Shown in pieces: positions 6,993 to 16,229 of a DNA stretch of 28,375 nucleotides. The DNA comes from a virus. Lineage: Duplodnaviria; Caudoviricetes. Below the pieces are notes generated by a model. It saw only the letters and a list, made by a program, of their open reading frames with translations. It had not been told where the DNA came from and did not search any database. Location of the stretch: positions 1-28,375 of the IMG/VR virus record IMGVR_UViG_3300020043_002178; one strand, 5' to 3'. The position numbers and the translations under genes are program-made. The first letter of the stretch is position 1, and every line of letters begins with the position of its first letter.

Positions 6993-7696
6993 TACCGAAA
7001 ATATTAGTAGCCGCCCCGACATCGAACCTTAAAGACTATTGTTTTGATGAGTATGCCGAGCAAGTGAGAAACTTCACCTATCCGCATTACGATATTTTGC
7101 TAGTAGATAATAGCCAAGATAAAAAGTATCATCATAAGATTTTAGAGGCTGGCATTAGATGTATATACCACAAACCGAAAGGAAGCCCGATTGAGTATAT
7201 CACAGAGTGCCAAAACATCATTAGAGGGGTAGCAATAGAAGGCGGCTATGATTATGTGTTGATGTTAGAAAGTGATGTGTTTGTACCTAGAAACATTATT
7301 GAACATATGCTTTGCGGTGGTGCAGAAGTGTACACTATCACATATCTAATCACTAAGAAAGGAAAACACAGCGTTTGTTTACATGGTATGCCTACCAATG
7401 AACTAAGAACCTCAACAAAGGTACTAGAGGAAGATGTAAGCGCGGCCGTTTGGACTGGTGAAATAAAAGATATTAAGCAATTTAAGATAGGCGAAGATTT
7501 TAGACTGTATGGAACAGGGATAGGTTGCACGCTTTTTAAAACATCTGTACTAAAAGAAATACCATTTAGAATCGATAAACAATTTCCTGCTGCATTTTCA
7601 GATTCATATTGGTATTTGGACGCTGAACGAGCAGGAATAAAAACAATTTTAGACACTTCAATAATAGCAACACATAAATCATTTAAAATAAAATAG
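6989..7696 (+). CDS. GT-A fold glycosyltransferase-like protein (family 2-like)
   Basis: ILLVDNS, YDYVLMLESDV, GIGCTL, FSDSYW. Confidence 0.7.
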   Translation: MIPKILVAAPTSNLKDYCFDEYAEQVRNFTYPHYDILLVDNSQDKKYHHKILEAGIRCIYHKPKGSPIEYITECQNIIRGVAIEGGYDYVLMLESDVFVPRNIIEHMLCGGAEVYTITYLITKKGKHSVCLHGMPTNELRTSTKVLEEDVSAAVWTGEIKDIKQFKIGEDFRLYGTGIGCTLFKTSVLKEIPFRIDKQFPAAFSDSYWYLDAERAGIKTILDTSIIATHKSFKIK

Positions 7697-7697
7697 T

Positions 7698-8171
7698 ATG
7701 CAAGACAAAACGAGCGCCCAAACATTAATCGATGTTAAGAATCAAATCCAAACACTAGAAAATAGGATAGTGTTTTTAGATAGTTATTGTAAAACATTGT
7801 TAGAAGCATCACAAAAAGAAGGGCTTTCAGATGTAGAAAGATGTGAACTTTTAGATAAACACTATAAATTTAGCATTGAAAGACAATCTAAAATCGATTT
7901 GTTACAAAACAAAAAGCAAACAGAGTACTTGCACGAAGAAATGAGCCGTAGAAATGCGGAGCTAAAGTACATGAGCGCTAATATGGCCGCAATGGTTAAA
8001 GCTGTTAGAAACGCTCCAATGACATTAGAAAACAGCAAACTACGCGGCGGAATAATTGATAGATTTAGCAAAGGATACGCTAAAATAGAAGAGCAACGCA
8101 ACGACTTTAAATTGCTCGGTGCTATCATTAACGAAAGCAAAATTGAATTCACGCCTGTAACGCCTGAGTAA
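7698..8171 (+). CDS. hypothetical alpha-helical/coiled-coil protein
   Basis: ORF track; no enzyme motif seen. Confidence 0.65.
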   Translation: MQDKTSAQTLIDVKNQIQTLENRIVFLDSYCKTLLEASQKEGLSDVERCELLDKHYKFSIERQSKIDLLQNKKQTEYLHEEMSRRNAELKYMSANMAAMVKAVRNAPMTLENSKLRGGIIDRFSKGYAKIEEQRNDFKLLGAIINESKIEFTPVTPE

Positions 8172-8722
8172 TGAACATTTGGTACAACATACCGTGGAGC
8201 AATTCAAAGGATTTAGGAAAGGCGTATAATGATTTCATGCGCTTAATTCCTAATGATGATTACGCTTGTTTTATCGACCGTGACGCAATGTTCTTAACGC
8301 CTTTTTTCGGAAAGCAACTAAGCGATATTGTAAACGCTAATAAAGACTGCGGTATATTTGTGGCTAAAGCGAACCGTATAGGCTGCCAATGGCAAAGAGA
8401 GCCTAAAATGTGGGACGAACTAGATATGGGCAAACACATACAGAAAGCAACCGAACTATTTACTACTAAATACGATGAGTGTACGGAAGTATCAACCCCT
8501 CCGATTGGTGGTAATTATCTAGGTGGCTTTCTTATGTTGGTATCAAAAAAGGTTTGGGATAAAGTAGGCGGATTTAAAGAGGGCATCGGTATGTTGGGAG
8601 TAGATAATGAATTGCATTATGCAGCACAAAGACACAACGAAAAGATATTATTAATGAATGGCGTTTACCTTTATCACTGGTACAGGGGAGGAAAAGCCGA
8701 AAGAAAAGAACACTTACTATGA
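8171..8722 (+). CDS. GT-A fold glycosyltransferase-like protein
   Basis: LGKAYN, CFIDRDAMF (DxD), GFLMLVSKKVWDKVGGF, GVDNE, YLYHWY. Confidence 0.7.
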   Translation: MNIWYNIPWSNSKDLGKAYNDFMRLIPNDDYACFIDRDAMFLTPFFGKQLSDIVNANKDCGIFVAKANRIGCQWQREPKMWDELDMGKHIQKATELFTTKYDECTEVSTPPIGGNYLGGFLMLVSKKVWDKVGGFKEGIGMLGVDNELHYAAQRHNEKILLMNGVYLYHWYRGGKAERKEHLL

Positions 8723-9489
8723 AATATATCGTAATTGCACACACTAAAGACTACCACGAAAAGGCAAAGCAGTATCTATACTCTTTGAATAAATACGCAA
8801 AAGACATTAAGATAAGAATTTTGTGCATTGACTTCATGCCCGACAAAAAAGAAGATTGGATAGAATATGCAACCTGCCAATTAACACAACTTCCTTCGTT
8901 CCGTAGAGGTTGGCCACACAATAGAAAGTTTTATGTATGCTTAGAAGGCGGTGATTTTCTACCTTATTTTAAATGGAATGATGATGATGTGATTATACAC
9001 ACAGACAGCGATATGCTTTTGCAACGTCCTTTCGATATTGACGAATTAACTGCACTTGATAATCTACAAACGGGTGAAATTGGCGCGAGTAAATCGGGCT
9101 ATAAATTAACGCTACGTGAGGAATATTGGAGATTGAAGCCTAAAGCTGGCAACGTGTACGCAAAACAATTCTTTCCTGATGGGTGGCTAGAGGAAATGTA
9201 TTGCGCTGGCATCATAGTGGGTCGTGTTGATACGTATAGAATGTTAAGCAAATTCTACCTAGAAAAGATTGATTTAATGATGCACCTATTCGACCACCAC
9301 GCGGCAGGCCAATGGATATTTAACCAAGCTATTCACACAGAATTACAATTGGTTGATTTAACTAGCGTGTTTCATTGTGCGGATTGGTTTATAGATATTA
9401 AGACCGAAAAGAAAGAAGGTAAACTGTACTATAATAACTCAATGTGTTTATTTAACCATACTAAATTTGAAGGAGAATGGACGGTGTAA
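8719..9489 (+). CDS. putative glycosyltransferase (DxD)
   Basis: IIHTDSDML (DxD), YCAGIIVG, QWIFN and late NH; cluster context. Confidence 0.55.
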   Translation: MKYIVIAHTKDYHEKAKQYLYSLNKYAKDIKIRILCIDFMPDKKEDWIEYATCQLTQLPSFRRGWPHNRKFYVCLEGGDFLPYFKWNDDDVIIHTDSDMLLQRPFDIDELTALDNLQTGEIGASKSGYKLTLREEYWRLKPKAGNVYAKQFFPDGWLEEMYCAGIIVGRVDTYRMLSKFYLEKIDLMMHLFDHHAAGQWIFNQAIHTELQLVDLTSVFHCADWFIDIKTEKKEGKLYYNNSMCLFNHTKFEGEWTV

Positions 9490-10145
9490 AAAAAATATGT
9501 TATACCGCTATATTTGGCGAGTATGACGATTTAAAAGAGCCTAAGGTAATTACTGAAGGCTGGGAGTATGTTTGTTTTACAAATAGTCCAAATCTTAAAA
9601 GCAGTATTTGGAATATTGTACAATATAACCCACAAGAAAAGCCACAAAACAAAAGAGAACATTCGTTGATAGCGCGTTTTCTAAAAATTAACCCACATTC
9701 ACAATTTGGCAAAGAAAATGTGTTATCTGTTTGGGTTGATGGTTCGATAGAAATTAACTGTAACCTAGATGAATTTGTAAATAAATACAAAGGCCGCGCT
9801 TTAACTATAATGAAGCACCCAACGCGAAATTGTGTATATCAAGAAGCTAATGCTTGTATTGGACTTAAAAAAGATGATGAAGGCATTATAATATCGCAAA
9901 TGGCAAACTATAAGCACTTGTATATGCCTGAACACGTTGGAATGGTTGCAAGCGGTGTAATTATTAGAAACCACAATGAAGATGTTAATTCATTCTGCGA
10001 AAAGTGGTGGGCGCAGGTTAATAGATTCAGTATTCGCGACCAGCTTTCTTTCAACTTTGTTGCGTGGATTAGCGATTTCAAATATACCGTTATGCCTTTC
10101 GATATACTTCGCAACGAAATGAGAATTAAAAAACATTTGAAATGA
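9477..10145 (+). CDS. DUF616/TOD1-MUCI70-like glycosyltransferase
   Basis: CYTAIFGEYDDLKEP, ARFLKINPH, WVDGS, KHPTRNCVYQEA, RDQLSFNFVAW. Confidence 0.75.
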   Translation: MDGVKKICYTAIFGEYDDLKEPKVITEGWEYVCFTNSPNLKSSIWNIVQYNPQEKPQNKREHSLIARFLKINPHSQFGKENVLSVWVDGSIEINCNLDEFVNKYKGRALTIMKHPTRNCVYQEANACIGLKKDDEGIIISQMANYKHLYMPEHVGMVASGVIIRNHNEDVNSFCEKWWAQVNRFSIRDQLSFNFVAWISDFKYTVMPFDILRNEMRIKKHLK

Positions 10146-10882
10146 TTACAGGAATAACCAATATAATCTTTAGTAAAAACAGAGCGATGCAGTTGCACGC
10201 GTTACTTGAAACTATTTTAGTACGGTGTAATATATTTGAAAACAATGTTGTTATTTACACACATGATGAAATTTACGCTAAATCTTATGATTTACTCATA
10301 GATAGATTTCCTAAAGTTACTTGGGTTAAAGAAACTATCTTAAAGGAAAACATATTACAAGCAATGAAAACGCAATACACTTGCTTTATGTGTGATGATG
10401 ATATTATTTTTGATGGTTTTATAGGTGATGTTACTATGTGCGATAAAACATTTTGTTATTCGCTAAGGCTAGGACATAACGTAAGCAATAACATAGGGCA
10501 GCAATGGAACTGGAGGCAAACTAAAACAGCGCATTACAACTATGCTTTCTCTACCGATGGGCATATTTATTCAACCGATGTAATTAAACCAATGGTTAGC
10601 AATATTCGCTTTGATAATCCAAATGTATTTGAATCGGCAATGTTTAAACACGCCGATAGTTTCCCACCTTTGATGAGGTCGCCTGAATTATCTGTTTTAA
10701 CTTCGTTTAGTGTTAATCGTGTAAGCGATAAGTCACATTGCGCCACATCTAACCAGTACAGAGAAAACGAATTACACACAATGTACTTAGAGGGCTATTT
10801 AATTGACTGGCATAATATGGATATGACGGGAGTAGATAGACCGATTTACGAAGAGTACGAATTAAAATTTAAACTATGCTAA
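10142..10882 (+). CDS. putative GT-A glycosyltransferase
   Basis: IIFSKNRAMQL...FMCDDDIIF, SLRLG, STDGHIY. Confidence 0.6.
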   Translation: MITGITNIIFSKNRAMQLHALLETILVRCNIFENNVVIYTHDEIYAKSYDLLIDRFPKVTWVKETILKENILQAMKTQYTCFMCDDDIIFDGFIGDVTMCDKTFCYSLRLGHNVSNNIGQQWNWRQTKTAHYNYAFSTDGHIYSTDVIKPMVSNIRFDNPNVFESAMFKHADSFPPLMRSPELSVLTSFSVNRVSDKSHCATSNQYRENELHTMYLEGYLIDWHNMDMTGVDRPIYEEYELKFKLC

Positions 10883-11460
10883 TAGACATTAAAACCATCA
10901 AAGACATTAAAGGCGTTATTCATGTAGGCGCTTTTATGGGTGAAGAGAAAAAGATATATGATGAAATGGGATTGCCTGTAATATGGGTAGAGGCGCAAAA
11001 GGATTTGTGTGATAGGCTTATTTCAAGGGGTGATCGTGTAATAAATGCAGCTGTTTCTGATAAAGAGTTTGAAACTACATTAAAGATTAGCAGCAACGGA
11101 GCATCTACATCTATTTTAGACTTTGGAACTCACGCTGACAAATACCCAAATATAACGGTAGAGAAAGAAATTAAAATAACAACTACGACACTCGAAACAA
11201 TTATCGATGAAAACGAAATTGATTTAAGTAAATTCAACTTTATTAATATAGATATTGAGGGACACGGTTTAGCGGCTTTAAGAGGATTAGGCGAATATGT
11301 TAGCGCGTTTAAGTACTTATACATGGAGGTGTACAAAGACGAATTATACAAGGGATGCGATATTTTCGGCGACTTAGAAAAAGAATTCCCACAATATAAA
11401 TTACAAGAAACCGCATTTACTGGCAGGGGCTGGGGCGATGCACTATACATTAAGAAATGA
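10876..11460 (+). CDS. FkbM-family methyltransferase
   Basis: VIHVGAFMGEE, WVEA, NAAVSD, NIDIEG, YLYMEV, WGDALY. Confidence 0.85.
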   Translation: MLIDIKTIKDIKGVIHVGAFMGEEKKIYDEMGLPVIWVEAQKDLCDRLISRGDRVINAAVSDKEFETTLKISSNGASTSILDFGTHADKYPNITVEKEIKITTTTLETIIDENEIDLSKFNFINIDIEGHGLAALRGLGEYVSAFKYLYMEVYKDELYKGCDIFGDLEKEFPQYKLQETAFTGRGWGDALYIKK

Positions 11461-12359
11461 AAATACTAATTACAGGTGGCGCAGGTTACAAAGGATGCTT
11501 GCTCACACAGGAGTTATTAAACAAAGGTAATGAAGTTACTGTATTAGATAACTTCATGTATGGACACAGTTCAATAATGCCTTACCTATCAAATCCAAAC
11601 TTTAAAGCTATAAGTAAGGACATTCGTACGATTAACGAAAGTGATTTAAAGGAGTATGATGTTATTTATCATTTGGCAGGAATTAGCGGATATCCAGCTT
11701 GTGAGGCGAACCCGAATAGCGCGCACATGATTAATGTAGAAAGCACAAAGAAAATAGTTGATTTATTGGGTAAAGAACAGAAACTAATTTATGCTTCTAC
11801 AACATCATTTTACGGAAAGGCTGGGGTTGAATGTGATGAACAAAGCGAATGCAGCCCAGTCAGCACTTACGGAGTAACCAAACTACAAGCGGAAGAAATA
11901 TGTATGCAGAAAGAAAATGCTTTAGCGTTACGATTTGCAACTATCTTTGGAGTTACTCAAAGAATGCGCCCCGATTTATTACTAAACGATTTTGTGTATC
12001 GCGCGATGTACGAAAGAACGCTAGTATTATTTGATAGTGCAAGCAAAAGGACATTTATACACGTTAAAGATGCTATTAAAAGTTATACCGATTTCACTCA
12101 CTTAAAAGGGGTTTACAATGTGGGTAGCAATGATATGAATTTTAGTAAGCGTGAATTGGCCGACATGGTTGCTAAACACATTAACTTCGAGATTATAGAG
12201 GCGTCAACACCCGACAAAGATAAGCGCGACTTCATTATAAACTTCGACAAAATAGAGAAAGAAGGTTTTAAAATTACCGTATCAATGGATGAAGGTATCA
12301 AAGAATTGATTAAATTGTACTCATTCTATAACCCATACCCAGTTTATGCAAAGATTTGA
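11457..12359 (+). CDS. NAD-dependent NDP-sugar epimerase/dehydratase (extended SDR)
   Basis: ITGGAGYKG, HLAG, YAST, YGVTK (YxxxK), RTFIHVKD. Confidence 0.9.
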   Translation: MKILITGGAGYKGCLLTQELLNKGNEVTVLDNFMYGHSSIMPYLSNPNFKAISKDIRTINESDLKEYDVIYHLAGISGYPACEANPNSAHMINVESTKKIVDLLGKEQKLIYASTTSFYGKAGVECDEQSECSPVSTYGVTKLQAEEICMQKENALALRFATIFGVTQRMRPDLLLNDFVYRAMYERTLVLFDSASKRTFIHVKDAIKSYTDFTHLKGVYNVGSNDMNFSKRELADMVAKHINFEIIEASTPDKDKRDFIINFDKIEKEGFKITVSMDEGIKELIKLYSFYNPYPVYAKI

Positions 12360-12735
12360 AGAACATGGAATATTACTAGCAATTGCTAGTATTTCAGAGC
12401 CAATTAACGAAGGTACGCAGTTTATAACCTCTAACCACCATGATATACAGGTAGGAACATGGAAGTATGAAGCAGGAAAAAAGCTAAACAGCCACTACCA
12501 TAAAGACAATGAGCGCAGCATAACGCGCACGCAGGAATTTATCTACATTAAGAAAGGCAAAATAAAATGCCTTGTTTATGGTTTGGATTCCATTTTAATT
12601 AATAGTTTTGTTTTGAGTGAGGGTGATTACGCTACATTCTTTAATGGTGGTCACGGTTACGAATTCATAGAAGATAGCGAGGTTATAGAGGTTAAATGTG
12701 GAGAGTTTAATTATGATGATAAAGTAAGGATATGA
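12346..12735 (+). CDS. cupin-fold protein (sugar isomerase/WbuC-like)
   Basis: HYH...TQEFIYIKKG and GGHGYEF...EVKCG cupin motifs. Confidence 0.7.
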   Translation: MQRFEEHGILLAIASISEPINEGTQFITSNHHDIQVGTWKYEAGKKLNSHYHKDNERSITRTQEFIYIKKGKIKCLVYGLDSILINSFVLSEGDYATFFNGGHGYEFIEDSEVIEVKCGEFNYDDKVRI

Positions 12736-13256
12736 GTTTAAAGTTACATCTTGGCTGCGGCAAAAGAAAAATAGAAGGATTTATTCATATTGATAATGAT
12801 TCATACCCTCATCTAGACTATTGCAGAGATATTCGCGATTTATCTATATTTCCTGATAATAGCGTTGATTTAATCTATTCATCACACGCTTTTGAATATT
12901 TCAATAATCCTGCTGAAGTATTAACGGAATGGAAAAGAGTGTTAAAAGAAGGTGGCAAATTAAGGCTTTCAGTTCCCGACTTTGCACAACTTGTAAAAGT
13001 GTATCGTAAAACTGATGATATAAGTAAAGTTAAAGGCGCTTTATACGGACATTGGGGAGATAAACAACACTTCACTTGTTACGATAAAAGAAGTTTAGGT
13101 ATGTTGCTATGGGATGCAGGATTTAGTGCAATTGAAGAATGGGACTGGAGATTAACGGAGCATTGCAATGTAGATGACTATTCGCAGGCTTATTTCCCTC
13201 ACATGGATAAAGAAAATGGAATTCAAATAAGTTTAAACATACAAGCAATTAAGTAA
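12732..13256 (+). CDS. class I SAM methyltransferase
   Basis: LHLGCG, FPDNSVDLIYSSHAFEY, WKRVLKEGGKLRLSVPD. Confidence 0.85.
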   Translation: MSLKLHLGCGKRKIEGFIHIDNDSYPHLDYCRDIRDLSIFPDNSVDLIYSSHAFEYFNNPAEVLTEWKRVLKEGGKLRLSVPDFAQLVKVYRKTDDISKVKGALYGHWGDKQHFTCYDKRSLGMLLWDAGFSAIEEWDWRLTEHCNVDDYSQAYFPHMDKENGIQISLNIQAIK

Positions 13257-13966
13257 TGGAGCAAAAGAAAATTGAATACCCATTAGGACAAGGACGCTAT
13301 GAACGCCCCGAAATTCAAATGTGTAAAGATAAAGGTTACGACATTAAAGACCCACGCGATGCTATAAGTATCTTTGAAAAGAAGATTGCCGAGTTTACAG
13401 GCGCAAAGTACGCGGTGGCAGTTGATAATCTAACAGATGGGTTATTTTTATGTTTAGGCGTACTAAATAAGCTATTAGACCCTATTATAATTCCAAATAG
13501 AACGTATTGCAGCGTACCAATGACAATACTTAACGCTGGCTACGGATTACAACTTAAAGATATTGCGTGGAGTGGAATGTACCAATTAACACCAATGCCT
13601 ATTTGGGATTGTGCCGTTTCCTTTAAAAAAGATATGTATAAAGAAGGGCAGTTAATGGTGCTTTCATTTCAACACAAGAAAAGGCTTTGTATTGGTAAAG
13701 GCGGTATGATTCTTACTGACCATGAGGGATATTATAAATGGCTTATTGCAGCACGTTACGAAGGGCGTAATTTAGATGTTAACCAGTGGGACGATGAATA
13801 TTCAATGATTGGATGGAATATGTACATGAGTCCTGACGATGCGGCAAGAGGAATATTAATCTTTGATGATTTAATAGAAAACAACACAAAATGGGAAGAT
13901 TGGGCAGGAAGTGAAAACTATCCCGATTTAAGTACAAAAAAAATATTCCAAAAATATGCTTCATAA
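13256..13966 (+). CDS. DegT/DnrJ/EryC1/StrS-family sugar aminotransferase (short form)
   Basis: FEKKIAEFTGAKYAVAV, TYCSVP, SFQHKK (PLP-lysine region), GKGGMILTD, GWNMYM. Confidence 0.85.
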   Translation: MEQKKIEYPLGQGRYERPEIQMCKDKGYDIKDPRDAISIFEKKIAEFTGAKYAVAVDNLTDGLFLCLGVLNKLLDPIIIPNRTYCSVPMTILNAGYGLQLKDIAWSGMYQLTPMPIWDCAVSFKKDMYKEGQLMVLSFQHKKRLCIGKGGMILTDHEGYYKWLIAARYEGRNLDVNQWDDEYSMIGWNMYMSPDDAARGILIFDDLIENNTKWEDWAGSENYPDLSTKKIFQKYAS

Positions 13967-14591
13967 AATTATTGAACACCTAGAAAAAGGAGAAAATTTC
14001 AGCTTTAGCCGATTTGGGGACGGTGAGTGGGCGTGTCTGTTAGGTAAGAACGGGGCAAACTGTGACGGGCACGCTTATTTTCACGATATGGGCGATAGGC
14101 TTTTAAAGATTGTAGAAAGTAATCCTAAGTACTACATGGGATTGCAGACACTAGCCGAAAACACTTACCCCGATGAGATAGCTAAGTATCCTATTGAATG
14201 GGTCGAAAGCGATTGTTTACATAGAGCAAGCATAAGAGGGGAAATACAGCCTTTCTTTGATGTGTTAAACAAAAAGAATATTGTATTTGTAGGCAACCAC
14301 AGACACCAAAAACAAAGCATCATTAAGGTAGATAAATTTATTGAAGTGCCTATAAATGATTGTTGGAGAAAGTATAAAGATGTATTAGAAGAAATACGAA
14401 CTAGCATTGATAAAGACGATGTAATAATCTATTGCGCGTCAATGATGGCAAATGTGCTTATTGATGATATTTACAATGAGTTTGGCAATACTGTTACTCA
14501 AATAGATTGCGGCAGCTTATTCGAGCCTTACATGGGAATATCAATTAGAAGTTATCACAGTAAATTAATTCAAAAACTAAAACAGAAATAA
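13956..14591 (+). CDS. GT-D fold (DUF1792-like) glycosyltransferase
   Basis: SFSRFGDGE at the N-terminus and QIDCGSLF near the C-terminus. Confidence 0.75.
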   Translation: MLHKIIEHLEKGENFSFSRFGDGEWACLLGKNGANCDGHAYFHDMGDRLLKIVESNPKYYMGLQTLAENTYPDEIAKYPIEWVESDCLHRASIRGEIQPFFDVLNKKNIVFVGNHRHQKQSIIKVDKFIEVPINDCWRKYKDVLEEIRTSIDKDDVIIYCASMMANVLIDDIYNEFGNTVTQIDCGSLFEPYMGISIRSYHSKLIQKLKQK

Positions 14592-15175
14592 TGACAAGAG
14601 CAACGATTTTAAACAGCCTAATTAAGAAGTTTGGATATAAAACCTTTTTAGAGATTGGCGTGAATAACGGGATTAATTTTGAATCAATCAATGCAGAATA
14701 CAAGGTAGGCGTTGACCCTGACCCCAAAAGCCCAGCGACATTAAAAATAACTAGCGACAAGTTTTTTGAAACTAACAATCAAAAGTTTGATTTGATTTTT
14801 GTTGATGGCTTACATCATGCCGACCAAGTGTACAAAGATATTTTAAACTCTTTGGATTTCTTAGAAGATGGCGGCGCAATATTAGTTCACGACTGCAACC
14901 CATTAACAGAAGCTAGTCAAGTTGTGCCACGTATGCAAACCTATTGGCATGGTGACGTTTGGAAAGCATGGGTAAAATTACGCACCGAAAGAAGTGATTT
15001 ATCAATGTTTGTAATAGATACAGATTGCGGTTGCGGACTTATTACCAAAGACTCTCAAAACAAATTAGTTACGTCTGAAGAAATTAATTATAAAAATCTT
15101 GAAAAGCATAGAGAAAATTGGTTAAATTTGAAAACAAAAGAATATTATATCGAATGGTTAGAAAAATCAAAATAA
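14591..15175 (+). CDS. class I SAM methyltransferase (Methyltransf_24-like)
   Basis: FLEIGVNNG, GVDP, FDLIFVDGLH, GGAILVHD. Confidence 0.85.
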   Translation: MTRATILNSLIKKFGYKTFLEIGVNNGINFESINAEYKVGVDPDPKSPATLKITSDKFFETNNQKFDLIFVDGLHHADQVYKDILNSLDFLEDGGAILVHDCNPLTEASQVVPRMQTYWHGDVWKAWVKLRTERSDLSMFVIDTDCGCGLITKDSQNKLVTSEEINYKNLEKHRENWLNLKTKEYYIEWLEKSK

Positions 15176-15201
15176 TGTTTGTTTTCCTTTGTTTGAAAAG
15201 G

Positions 15202-15226
15202 AGGGGGTATTTTTGCCCCCTTTTTT
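15202..15226 (+). terminator. intrinsic terminator closing the glycan cluster
   Basis: AGGGGGTA-TTTT-TGCCCCCT stem followed by a T-tract (T6 at 15221-15226). Confidence 0.8.
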
Positions 15227-15237
15227 AATTTATTTAT

Positions 15238-15717
15238 ATGGCAAATATTGATACTATAATAACCGAACTAGAAACTATTGCAAACGCGAGTACTGCAATA
15301 GAATCGTTTATGTATAAGCGTGTGAGTGAAGTTAACGCAACACTTAATACGCCTTTCCCTTTATTACTTGTTGATTCAGTACCTAAGATTACTAGGGGCG
15401 AAGTAAATAATATATTCTTACCACGCAAAAAGAGGTACAATATTGATGTTTATCTGTACAATACATACAATTTTGATACAAGAAGTACCACCGATTTAAG
15501 CGCGAAACAAGCTGAATTAGAAACTATTTTAGACCAATATACCGCAGAAGTGATAAGAAGATGTGTAAATGTAACAACTTCGATAATGCTAGTAGAAAGA
15601 GCGGCTATAAGCGGTTTTGTTGCTAACGATGTACACAATCAAAAGCTAGTGCAAGTAAGTTATAGATTTACATTCGAGGTAGATAGTAGTTGCACGTTGG
15701 GAACTTTTAACTATTAG
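15238..15717 (+). CDS. putative tail terminator/neck protein
   Basis: Size (159 aa), FPLLLV motif, beta-rich C-terminus and position at the start of the tail block. Confidence 0.5.
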   Translation: MANIDTIITELETIANASTAIESFMYKRVSEVNATLNTPFPLLLVDSVPKITRGEVNNIFLPRKKRYNIDVYLYNTYNFDTRSTTDLSAKQAELETILDQYTAEVIRRCVNVTTSIMLVERAAISGFVANDVHNQKLVQVSYRFTFEVDSSCTLGTFNY

Positions 15718-15719
15718 TT

Positions 15720-16229
15720 ATGGGCTTAATACTAACAGAGCAACTTAAATCTATCGGTAAGCTACTTCAAAAGGAGTTGGTTGATGAGTTGGTAAGACAA
15801 GGACACGTAAATACTGGTGAATTAGCTGGCTCGATTGACTTTAAAATAGATATTACAAACGAAGGTGCTGAAATATTCGCAGGGTCTAATTTAGACTACG
15901 CGGAATGGGTAAACAATGGAAGAAAAGCAGGAGGTAAGAAAGTCCCTATTGCCGTTTTGATTCAGTGGGTAGAAGATAAAGGACTTTCAACAAATGACGA
16001 TGAAATAAAAAGTATCGCGTATGCTATTAGACAAACAATATACAAGGAAGGTATTCCATCGCCAAACTCTTTTAAGTTTAGTGAAACGGGAAGCCGAACT
16101 AAATTTGTTGAAACAGTGGCAGGAGAGCAATATTACACGGTAGTTAAAATGGTAGAAGATTTTGCTATCGGACAAGTACAAAAGAGTATAAAATCAATGG
16201 TGACAAACTTTAATAAGAATAACGCATGA
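15720..16229 (+). CDS. putative tail completion protein (HK97 gp10-like)
   Basis: TGELAGSI...YAEWVNNGRKAG...PIAVLIQWV...IYKEGI pattern. Confidence 0.6.
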   Translation: MGLILTEQLKSIGKLLQKELVDELVRQGHVNTGELAGSIDFKIDITNEGAEIFAGSNLDYAEWVNNGRKAGGKKVPIAVLIQWVEDKGLSTNDDEIKSIAYAIRQTIYKEGIPSPNSFKFSETGSRTKFVETVAGEQYYTVVKMVEDFAIGQVQKSIKSMVTNFNKNNA

